Origin: Octopus bimaculoides | Lineage: Eukaryota | DNA length: 43,307 nucleotides | NCBI RefSeq assembly: GCF_001194135.2 | Contig: NC_068986.1 | Span: 60,232,219-60,275,525, forward strand | Direction of reading: 5' to 3' | Shown here: positions 33,561 through 43,307 of the stretch, one piece after another | How positions within the stretch are numbered: the stretch's first letter is position 1 | How the letters are laid out: every line of letters starts with the position of its first letter | Position numbers and translations under genes: made by a program | Notes under the pieces: generated by a model | The model's input: the letters and a program-made list of their open reading frames with translations, nothing else | Databases searched by the model: none | Told to the model about the DNA's origin: nothing

Positions 33561-35770
33561 ATGATGTCAGGAAAATCCCTCGGCCCATCAGGAATCACTG
33601 CTGAGATGCTTAAAATATCTGGTGGTGTGGGTTATAGCCTAGTCACCCGTATTGTAAACCAAGTAGTTCACGAAGGAGTCATACCCAATGAGTGGCGTAG
33701 CAGCAATATAGTCAACTGCTACAAGGGTAAAGGTGATGCTTTACATAGAAATAACTACAGGGATATCAAATTGCTGGATCAGTTGATGAGGGCCACAGAG
33801 AGGATCATAGCCCAACTAATTAGGGAGATAGTCTGCTTAGATGAGATGCAATTCGGTTTTGTGCCAGGTAGAAGCACCACTGATGCTATATTCCTGGTAC
33901 GGCAACAACAGGAGAAATACCTAGCCAAGATAAACCCCTGTACTTGGCTTTTGTGGACTCGGAGAAAGCCTTTGACAGAGTATCCCGATCCCTTATTTAG
34001 TAGGCGATGCAGAAACTAGGGATTGACGAATGGTTAATAAGGGCTATACAGGCCCTGTACAGAGATGCCGTTAGTAAGGTTAGGGTTGGCAATGAATATA
34101 GTGAATTCCGGGTAGAAGTAGGGGTTCACCAAGGATCAGCCCTCAGCCCCTTCTTATTCATCAGAGTCCTCCAAGCAATAACAGAGGAATTCAAGATAGG
34201 TTGCCCTTGGGAGCTCCTCTATGCTGATGACTTGGCTCTCACAGAAGAATCACTACCAGCACTAGAGAAGAAATTTCAGGTGTGGAAGCAAAGTTTAAAA
34301 TCGAAGGGCCTTAGAGTCAATGTCACAAAAACAAAAGTTCTAGTAAGTAGGAAGGCAAACACATCACAAACCCCCTCAGATAGATAGCCCTGCTCGATCT
34401 GTAGAAAAGGTGTAGGTAGAAACTCCATAAGATGTACCCAGTGTAAGCTATGGATGCATAAGAGGCGCAGCAACATCAAAGGAAGGTTAACCGGGAAGAT
34501 AGCTTTCGTGTGCGGCAGATGCACAGGTGCAATAAACACCACAGATGCTCAGAAAACAGATTCCGTCAGATGCCAGGTGGAGAAACTAGAAGTAGCTGAT
34601 AGCTTCCGCTACCTAGGTGACCAAGTCTGTAGTGGGGGTGAATGCTCCGAGAGATTTACCACTAGAATAAGACTAGCCTGGGAAAAGTTCAGAAAGCTCC
34701 TAACTCTACTAGTGACAAAGGGCCTCTCGCCCAGATTGAAAGGTAGATTGTACGATGCATGTGCGTGAACTGCCATGCTTTACGGCAGTAAAACATGGGC
34801 CATGACTGCTGCAGACATGCGTAGGCTCGAAAGAAATGAAGCTAGCATGATACGCTAGATGTGTAATGTCAGTGTGCACACACGACAGAGTGTAGGCGCC
34901 TCGAGAGAAATGTTGGACATAAGAAACATCAGATGTGGTGTGCAAGAGAGACGACTGCGCTGGTATGGTCATGTACTACGGATGGATGAGGAGAGCTGTG
35001 TGAAGAAGTGGAAGGAACCCGTGGTAGAGGGAGAACCAGGAGGACATGGGATGAGGTGGTGAAGCATGACCTTCGAACGTTGGGCCTCACAGAGGCAATG
35101 AAGAAAGACCGAGACCTCTGAAGATATGCTGTGACTGAGAAGACCCAGAAAGTAAAGTGAGATCACAGCTGTAGCGTACACCAGTGTCGTGTAACCAATC
35201 CACTTAAAAAAATACCTTTGGATCGTCGGGCGACATGCTGTGGTTGAGGTGACCCATTGAGTCAAGTACATCAAAATCAAATCAAGCCACAATCAAATGG
35301 AAATTGTAGTTGTGACTGATGCCAGTGCCGCCTGACTGGCTCCCATGCTGGTGACACGAAATAAGCACCATTCATGCGTCGTCGTTTCCAGTTCCGCTTG
35401 ATTGGCTCCCCGTGCCGGTGACACGTAAAAAGCACCATCCGAACGTGGTAGATGCCAGCCTCCTCGCCCTGACTGGCTCCTGTGCCGGTTGCATGCAAAA
35501 ACCACCATCCGAACGTGGCCGATGTCAGCGCCGTCTGACTGGCTCCCATGCTGGTGTCACGTAAAAAGCATCATCCGAACGTGATCGATGCCATCCCCCC
35601 TCACCCCGTCTCGTTCCTATACCGGTGGCACGTAAAAAGCGCCCACTACACTTTCGAAGTGGTTGGCGATAGGAAAGGCATCCAGCTGTAGAAACATTGC
35701 CAAACCCATGCCAGCATGGAAAACGGACGTTAAACGACGACGACGACGACGATGATGATGATATATTAAT
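33561..35770 (+). mobile_element. 5'-truncated RTE LINE (RT with PHD-like insertion, 3' UTR, (GAT)n tail); best-preserved element in the window but has stops and frameshifts
   Basis: GKSLGPSGITAEML; MQFGFVPGRSTTDAIF; GVHQGSALSPFLF; ELLYADDL; SFRYLGD; RRLRWYGHVLRM; tail GACGACGATGATGATG. Confidence 0.95.
35321..35640 (+). repeat. About five tandem ~67-bp units in the RTE 3' UTR
   Basis: Unit consensus GCCAG..CTGACTGGCTCCC.TGC.GGTG.CACGTAAAAAGCACCATCCGAACGTG..CGAT. Confidence 0.9.
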
Positions 35771-35869
35771 ATCAAATAATATTAATGATATATTAATATC
35801 AGCTTAATAAAAAGATTGTAAAATCAGTCAAATTTATTATTTATTAATACTAATGAAATATTAGAAATC

Positions 35870-36240
35870 TACTTATATTTTGCAAAAAGTAATTCACTCG
35901 TATGGGTACAGGCTAAAATTTTTCAGAATGTATGTTCAAAAGTAATGTATGAGAAAGACATGACTCTTCAGTGCATAACTCACATCTTTTGTTTGTGATA
36001 TTAAAAGATTTAGCATAGCAAATAATATTCCAGTCCAGTTTAAAATCTATTTTCTTATCTTTAAGCCCCTATATGAATTTACTCAGACCAGCTGAGTTAA
36101 TCTTTTCCCTATCTTTAAAGTTGTTTAACTGGTTAAAGAAGCGAGTTTTAAATTTATTAGATGTTGTTCCAGTGTACATTATTAAGTGCATCAATCTCAC
36201 ATTTATATACAATATTATCTTCATTACAAAAATTTTTAAG
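35870..36240 (-). pseudogene. Penelope-like GIY-YIG endonuclease fragment
   Basis: MYTGTTSNKFKTRFFNQLNNFKDREKINSAGLSKFI*GLKDKKIDFKLDWNIICYAKSFN. Confidence 0.8.
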
Positions 36241-36242
36241 TT

Positions 36243-36288
<46 letters not shown>

Positions 36289-36289
36289 T

Positions 36290-36460
36290 GTATGTTTGTG
36301 AGTCTGTGTTTGTCCCCCAACATCGCTTGACAACTGATGCTGGTGTGTTTACGCCCCCATAACCTAGCGGTTCGGCAAAAACACCGATAGAATAAGTACT
36401 AGGCGTACAAAGAATAAGTCCTGGGGTTGATTTGCTCGACTGGAGCATGGCCGCAGTCAA
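36290..36460 (+). mobile_element. SINE 3' body (shared tail module)
   Basis: CGCTTGACAACTGATGCTGGTGTGTTTACG..TAGCGGTTCGGCAAAA..GATAGAATAAGTACTAGGC..GGAGCATGGCCGCAGTCAA. Confidence 0.85.
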
Positions 36461-37539
36461 AAGAGATTAAGTTCGGATAAGTGAATTCCGACTAAGTCAG
36501 TGACTTGGGCAGAGTTGGCAGATCCCATAGTAATATCAAAATTAAGTGTTCTTGCGAGCCCAGTAATTATCAGATCAAATCAAAAATTGACTTGCAGTTA
36601 ATATAACATTGATGTCCTCCTTGATAATATTGGTAAAATTCCTTAAAAAAATGTGTGCTTTATGAAAGACTATAGGGTTAATATCAACTCGTAAAAATTT
36701 ATATTTATTCTTAGCAGTAATATTATTAAACCAATTTAAAGCTTACCTAATGATTTCACTTCCCTACTCTCATAATTTAATAACCTGTCTATTGTTTTTT
36801 TTTATATCACCATCTATCGTATTTTTGCATGGGAATGTCTGCAATAACATTATTGTTATTCATATTAATTTATGGCAATAACTATTTTTATAACTGTATA
36901 CATTTTTATATTATGTATTAATTTTAATGGTACACTGTATTTTTTCTGTTTCTGGCTTATGATGATTAATCAAATTAAATAAATCAAATTAAATTTGATT
37001 GATTTTATACTATAAGCGATGAATTGAAGCAACTGTAGGTCTTGTCAATGTATTAATAAATTTTCATTCATCTTATCCCTATCTTTTCACTTGGTTTTTA
37101 TGATAATTATATATATATATATATATATATNNNNNNNNNNNNNNNNNNNNNNNNNNNNNNNNNNNNNNNNNNNNNNNNNNNNNNNNNNNNNNNNNNNNNN
37201 NNNNNNNNNNNNNNNNNNNNNNNNNNNNNNNNNNNNNNNNNNNNNNNNNNNNNNNNNNNNNNNNNNNNNNNNNNNNNNNNNNNNNNNNNNNNNNNNNNNN
37301 NNNNNNNNNNNNNNNNNNNNNNNNNNNNNNNNNNNNNNNNNNNNNNNNNNNNNNNNNNNNNNNNNNNNNNNNNNNNNNNNNNNNNNNNNNNNNNNNNNNN
37401 NNNNNNNNNNNNNNNNNNNNNNNNNNNNNNNNNNNNNNNNNNNNNNNNNNNNNNNNNNNNNNNNNNNNNNNNNNNNNNNNNNNNNNNNNNNNNNNNNNNN
37501 NNNNNNNNNNNNNNNNNNNNNNNNNNNNNNNNNNNNNNG

Positions 37540-38600
37540 TATTTTGAACAATTCACGATAAGATAAGCCTTCGATAAAACAGTTGCTCCCGCAAAGCAAA
37601 TTAAATAAAATTTGGGATTTTGCGGAGGGTCAAAATTGGTAACAAAAACAGGACAGTGAAAACAAACAGGAAGGGCTGCTAAACCTAAACGAGGTATATA
37701 TATATATACTATATAAAAAAAATGGGGCAAGAACGCAAGACATCCAGACAGTTAGGTGATACAAAAAGGGACAACAAAATATCCAGATAGACGATACAAA
37801 GAAAACAAGGACGGGTCATTCGGAGTTTTCTTTCCGCAGTCGAGTTTCAGATTATCTTAGCAATTTCGGCTGGTTATACTCGAGATTGCTCCAGTCTGGC
37901 CAGCCCCAAGGAAAAACTAAGCTAAGAGTATTAGATTCCTTGGAAGAAAGCAGCGAATGTATACGAAAACAAGGACAAAAAAACGGAGAATGCTACACAA
38001 ATACAAATAACAGGACATAACAATAGGTGTATTTCGACTAAGGACGAATTAAATTAAGTTGGCGTGTGTGAAAGTAAAGCCTTACGACAGAGATACGAGA
38101 TTTCATAGGCACAGGGAGGAATATGGATGCTGCACGGACAGCGGCCGAATCAGGAAAGAGAGGTCAGGCTTGGTCGAACACCTGTCACGTGGGGAGAGAA
38201 GAGAGAGAGGTAGAGGCAGAGGGACAGAAGAAACACGAAGGGGCAAGAAAAAATGACAGGGACACAGGGAAGTGAAAAGAGGAGGGAAAGTAAACATGAA
38301 GAGAAGGCAAGGAAATTTGAGAGAGAGGGAACGAAAGAACGAAGAGTAGAATGAACGAAGAGTAGAATGAACGAAGAGTAGAATGAACGAAGTAAGCATG
38401 AAGGGCTGATAGAAAGAAGGAAAGAATAAAAGAATAGAAAGAATAGAGTCGTACAAGATTTAGATAAATATATACTTACATATAAGAGACCAAAGTGTAC
38501 GTACGCCGCTATATGTTTTATATATAAAAAATACAAAATGGGACAAGAACGCAAAACATCCCGACAGTTAGGTGATACAAAAAAGAGACAAGATACACAT
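37540..38600. mobile_element. Repeat family A / PLE-associated segment with ~55-bp direct repeats (37721-37773, 38537-38590) and a 16-bp minisatellite (38337-38392)
   Basis: Shares the CCCGCAAAGCAAATTAAATAAAATTTGGG block; AATGGG.CAAGAACGCAA.ACATCC.GACAGTTAGGTGATACAAAAA is duplicated; (GAACGAAGAGTAGAAT)x3. Confidence 0.65.
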
Positions 38601-39712
38601 ATATATATATATATANNNNNNNNNNNNNNNNNNNNNNNNNNNNNNNNNNNNNNNNNNNNNNNNNNNNNNNNNNNNNNNNNNNNNNNNNNNNNNNNNNNNN
38701 NNNNNNNNNNNNNNNNNNNNNNNNNNNNNNNNNNNNNNNNNNNNNNNNNNNNNNNNNNNNNNNNNNNNNNNNNNNNNNNNNNNNNNNNNNNNNNNNNNNN
38801 NNNNNNNNNNNNNNNNNNNNNNNNNNNNNNNNNNNNNNNNNNNNNNNNNNNNNNNNNNNNNNNNNNNNNNNNNNNNNNNNNNNNNNNNNNNNNNNNNNNN
38901 NNNNNNNNNNNNNNNNNNNNNNNNNNNNNNNNNNNNNNNNNNNNNNNNNNNNNNNNNNNNNNNNNNNNNNNNNNNNNNNNNNNNNNNNNNNNNNNNNNNN
39001 NNNNNNNNNNNNNNNNNNNNNNNNNNNNNNNNNNNNNNNNNNNNNNNNNNNNNNNNNNNNNNNNNNNNNNNNNNNNNNNNNNNNNNNNNNNNNNNNNNNN
39101 NNNNNNNNNNNNNNNNNNNNNNNNNNNNNNNNNNNNNNNNNNNNNNNNNNNNNNNNNNNNNNNNNNNNNNNNNNNNNNNNNNNNNNNNNNNNNNNNNNNN
39201 NNNNNNNNNNNNNNNNNNNNNNNNNNNNNNNNNNNNNNNNNNNNNNNNNNNNNNNNNNNNNNNNNNNNNNNNNNNNNNNNNNNNNNNNNNNNNNNNNNNN
39301 NNNNNNNNNNNNNNNNNNNNNNNNNNNNNNNNNNNNNNNNNNNNNNNNNNNNNNNNNNNNNNNNNNNNNNNNNNNNNNNNNNNNNNNNNNNNNNNNNNNN
39401 NNNNNNNNNNNNNNNNNNNNNNAAGGAAGAAAAGAAAAAAGAAAGAAGAGAAAAGAAAAAATAGAGAATAATAAATAGAAAATATAAATAAAACAAAAAA
39501 TGTCTTCCTGTTTTTTCTTTGTTTTTAGTTCTTTCCTTTTATATTCTTTGTCCTTTCTTTTTATATACTTTGAGTCCTATTTAGAATATATTCCTGTCAT
39601 ACATTCATTTATTTATTTATTTTTGGTAAGGTGTAGTTCTGCATGAGAGTATACTAGTATAATATTTCTAAATTTGAAAAATCAAATTAGTAAAATCAAT
39701 TAGTAAAAATAA

Positions 39713-39788
39713 CTATATATATCATATCACACATATATATCATATCACACATATATATCATATCACACATATATATCATATCACACAT
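39713..39788. repeat. 18-bp minisatellite (ATATATATCATATCACAC) x4
   Basis: Direct reading. Confidence 0.95.
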
Positions 39789-39837
39789 ACATACAAACAA
39801 AACGTATTCCTTGTTTTTCTTTTTTCTCTTTCAAACA

Positions 39838-40110
39838 TTTAACTTCGGAGAAAATTTTTTTATGAAGAGTAGTTCCATTGCATTTTGGTATTGTGGATCG
39901 TCCCGTGTACATTTATAAAAGGGAAAGGTTTTGAACTTTCCGTCTCCGCATATTTCCAGATGGAATCATTCTTAGTTCTTCTTGTCGGATATGTTGCCTG
40001 TGAATTCTTGCACGTTTTCAGAGTGAGTTATTCGTTTCGCCAATGTAATTTTCTTTACAGTTTGGACAGGTGATGCAGTATATGAGATTTTGTGTTTTGC
40101 AGTTCATTCT
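39838..40110 (-). pseudogene. Penelope-like GIY-YIG endonuclease C-terminus (second PLE lineage, LIYCITC..YIGET type)
   Basis: MNCKTQNLIYCITCPNCKENYIGETNNSL..KKFSPKLN. Confidence 0.85.
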
Positions 40111-40269
40111 CTGAAGAATGCCAGAGAATAATAAACTTAAGGCACTGTACGGAACAAATTGAAGTGAGAAACTGCTCCCATATACAATCGAGATGACTGA
40201 AAGTAAGAAATGAGAAGCAAAAAAATAACTCCCATATAGAATCGGGATGATCAAAAGTAAGTAATGAAA

Positions 40270-40560
40270 ATCAGGACATTAACCCGTGTTTTGGATGTGG
40301 AGAATTACACTACAGATACGACTGTTCTTACAGAAATTGAAAATGGTTCAAATGTGGTAAGATAGGTCATAAAAAATGACACTGTAAGACAAAACCTAAA
40401 TACGGTTCAACAGAAAAAATGATGTAAACAGTTTATCGGTGACAAGAAATACGAATGAGCCTTAAAGGAAATTTGTGGATGTAAAAATTATTAATACAAA
40501 TGTAAAATTACAGTTAGATACAAGTAGTGATAATACTTCAATTAATAAAAACACGAGGCA
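40270..40560 (+). mobile_element. Gypsy gag zinc-knuckle and protease fragment (Mag-like)
   Basis: CFGCGELHYRY..C..KCGKIGH..C; KFVDVKIINTNVKLQLDTSSD (DTG-like). Confidence 0.7.
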
Positions 40561-41493
40561 ATATCCTTGGGGACCGAGGATTTTATTGTTTGCTGCCATG
40601 TGCGCATTGGTGGAAGCTCCTGAAAGTACTATGCAGGCAGTTAACATAAAGTGCCAGATTTTGAGTAGTAATATCAGCTGGGGCGAGCATCTGCCCTGGC
40701 AAGGACCATAAAGCAGCTCAGCTGGAGAGAAACCAAGGTCCTCCTTAACTGATGTTCGGATACCGAGGAGAACAATAGGAAGATACTCGGTGTCAAGAGA
40801 GGCTCGTAAAGCAGCTTTCAGTTGACGGTGGAATCTTTCCACCATGCCGATCGAAGCTGGATGGTAGTTGGTAGTCCTAATCTGCTGAGCCCCGATGATT
40901 TTTGTCAACTCGGAAAAGAGGTGTGATTTGAACTGTCTGCCGCGGTCTGTAGTGATGGTGGTGGGAACACCATAGCATGATATCCATCCTGATACTAGAG
41001 CTCGCGCTACGGATTCAGCAGTAATGCCTGTTAATGGGATCGCTTCAGGACATCGGCTGAAGCGATCAATACAAGTCAAGATATATGAAAATCCTTGACT
41101 GATAGGCCACGGCCCCACAATATCAAAATGCACATGGTATGGGAAGGTACTGAGAGGTACCCGGATATGCTTGTGCACTTTAGACTTTTGGCATTGAAGA
41201 CAGGCACGAGACCATTCGGTAACATCCCGTCTCATGTTTGGCCAGAAAAATCCAGCTGTAATGAGTTTTACCGAGGCCGCGATGCCAGGATGAGCAAGAT
41301 TATGCAAGGCATCGAAGACAACCCTGCGATGCTTCTCCGGAACGAAGGGACGAGGTGACTCCGTCGATATGTCGCCCAAGATGTTCCTGTCGGTAGTTGG
41401 TATGGGAAGGTACTTGAATTTACATGTTGTAAATTCAGCAGATGTGGTGTCAAATGAATCCAGAAGAGGCTGGTCTGAGGGTAAAACAGTCAA
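40560..41493 (-). mobile_element. Gypsy (CsRn1-like) integrase fragment
   Basis: LHNLAHPG..WPNMRRDV..CLQCQK (HHCC); HVHFDIVGP; CIDRFSR; ITTDRGRQF; YHPASIGMVERFHRQLK (DDE). Confidence 0.93.
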
Positions 41494-41522
41494 GTCAGTT
41501 GCAGAAGTGTGTGCTAATGAGT

Positions 41523-41680
41523 TGTATAGTATATATAAATAAATGGAGTTAAACTCAGGTGTTATTCAGATTCTTTTACTTCCGACATCTGTTTCGATGT
41601 TGTCTTCGAAACATATGTCGGAAGTAAAAGAATTTGAATAACACCTGAGTTTAACTCCATTTATTTATATATACTATACA
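41523..41680. repeat. 75-bp-arm foldback with 8-nt loop containing the 3' half of a hammerhead (GAAAC-ATAT-GTC)
   Basis: 41523-41597 is the reverse complement of 41606-41680 with two mismatches. Confidence 0.92.
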
Positions 41681-43307
41681 GCCTACTGCACATTAACCCG
41701 GAGTTTCTGCCTTTGAACAGGTTGCTACATCTTTGCTACTTGCGTGAATTTTGCTACCTTGGTAACTGTTTATTGAATTTTCCGTGTTAACTGTAAACAA
41801 AGGAAAATTCACTCATCCGTTTATATATATATATATNNNNNNNNNNNNNNNNNNNNNNNNNNNNNNNNNNNNNNNNNNNNNNNNNNNNNNNNNNNNNNNN
41901 NNNNNNNNNNNNNNNNNNNNNNNNNNNNNNNNNNNNNNNNNNNNNNNNNNNNNNNNNNNNNNNNNNNNNNNNNNNNNNNNNNNNNNNNNNNNNNNNNNNN
42001 NNNNNNNNNNNNNNNNNNNNNNNNNNNNNNNNNNNNNNNNNNNNNNNNNNNNNNNNNNNNNNNNNNNNNNNNNNNNNNNNNNNNNNNNNNNNNNNNNNNN
42101 NNNNNNNNNNNNNNNNNNNNNNNNNNNNNNNNNNNNNNNNNNNNNNNNNNNNNNNNNNNNNNNNNNNNNNNNNNNNNNNNNNNNNNNNNNNNNNNNNNNN
42201 NNNNNNNNNNNNNNNNNNNNNNNNNNNNNNNNNNNNNNNNNNNNNNNNNNNNNNNNNNNNNNNNNNNNNNNNNNNNNNNNNNNNNNNNNNNNNNNNNNNN
42301 NNNNNNNNNNNNNNNNNNNNNNNNNNNNNNNNNNNNNNNNNNNNNNNNNNNNNNNNNNNNNNNNNNNNNNNNNNNNNNNNATATATATACGTTTTTTTTG
42401 TTGTGAATGCGTGCCCCTTTATTATATTTTATGTTTGTATCCATCCCTTACACATGCACCTTTATATATGTGTGTGTGTATGTGCACGTGTGTGTCGCAT
42501 GTGGTATATGTGTTTTGTGTGTATGTATGTGCCTATGTTTGAATATATATTCCTTATGAGTTATGTGTATACGGTTTTTTCCCCTCTCTAATACTTGTGA
42601 ATTAATTAATACATAGTTTTTTTCCATATATTCGTCTTTGTTTCTTACCTATTTTCGATTTTTGCGATTGTCTCCCCTACCCTTGGCAAAATGTTTTGAG
42701 TGGGAAAATTGTGTTGAACAAATCGGCCTACCCTGTCTTTGAAAAAAACTCTTTGGTTTTGTCTCTGCTTTCATTCTCAAACTTAGTCTTGTTCATCAAC
42801 TTTAAGCTTCTGGTAATATATATATATACATATACATATACTCGTTTTTAAATAATATTATTATGTATACGTATAAACCTCAACGGCTTTCTTATGCTAG
42901 TGAAATTGTTACATTGTACTCTAATAAACACATGTTGCCTTGTTTACACTGTATTTTGTCTAGAACGGTGTTTATTATTATTATTTTTTTAAACACATCC
43001 ATTAGATTCTTATGTTATAGTTTCACTGCACATATACACTTCCATACACATTGATTTTTATTTTTATTTTTATTTTTCGTCTCTCTCACTATTATTATTG
43101 TTGATATCATTATTTTTCCCGTTCACAATTTGGTTTGTAAATTATCCGATTTCCCTTATTTCCCCATCTGTGTTCTCTTATTGCATCTTATTTTATTTTT
43201 ATTTTATTTTATTTTTATCTCATTTTATTTCATCTTATTAAACTTTTTTGATGTTCTTCAAAAGATTCCTCACTGATGAGAATGACAATGCAGAAATTAA
43301 ATTTTAA

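Noticed and set aside
35321-35640. CRISPR-like regularly spaced repeats
   Set aside because: Whole units are homologous with no unique spacers; the context is a eukaryotic LINE 3' UTR with no cas genes.
43273-43300. CTGATGA...CAGAAATT near the window end
   Set aside because: Stem II is weak and there is no recognisable stem III/UH/stem I; at most a highly decayed motif, and the context is truncated.

Overview
AT-rich eukaryotic, repeat-dense non-coding DNA. It is probably an octopus/coleoid draft assembly, inferred from the SINE/RTE repertoire and from (AT)n tracts abutting most of eight N gaps (~4.5 kb). No host protein-coding exon or intact ORF could be supported. The window is a mosaic of decayed retroelements: Penelope-like elements (PLE; several GIY-YIG remnants and pseudo-LTRs), RTE LINEs of at least two families, R4/Dong-type restriction-like-endonuclease LINEs, Ty3/Gypsy fragments of two lineages (Mag/K02A2.6-like and CsRn1-like), tRNA-derived SINEs and microsatellites. 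Highlights from reading the sequence by eye: (1) Several structurally different hammerhead-ribozyme motifs, mostly beside PLE remnants. One is near-canonical (2069-2124, with an inverted degenerate twin at 909-960), two have very long stem II, and a circularly permuted hammerhead-like motif with a covarying stem I recurs in the commonest local repeat. (2) A C4HC3 PHD-type finger inserted in frame inside the RT domain of the RTE family. (3) A head-to-tail stack of five R4/Dong-like fragments joined at (TAA)n tails. (4) Several long foldbacks, including a ~640 bp near-perfect palindrome. All coordinates and family assignments are manual, and TE boundaries are approximate.
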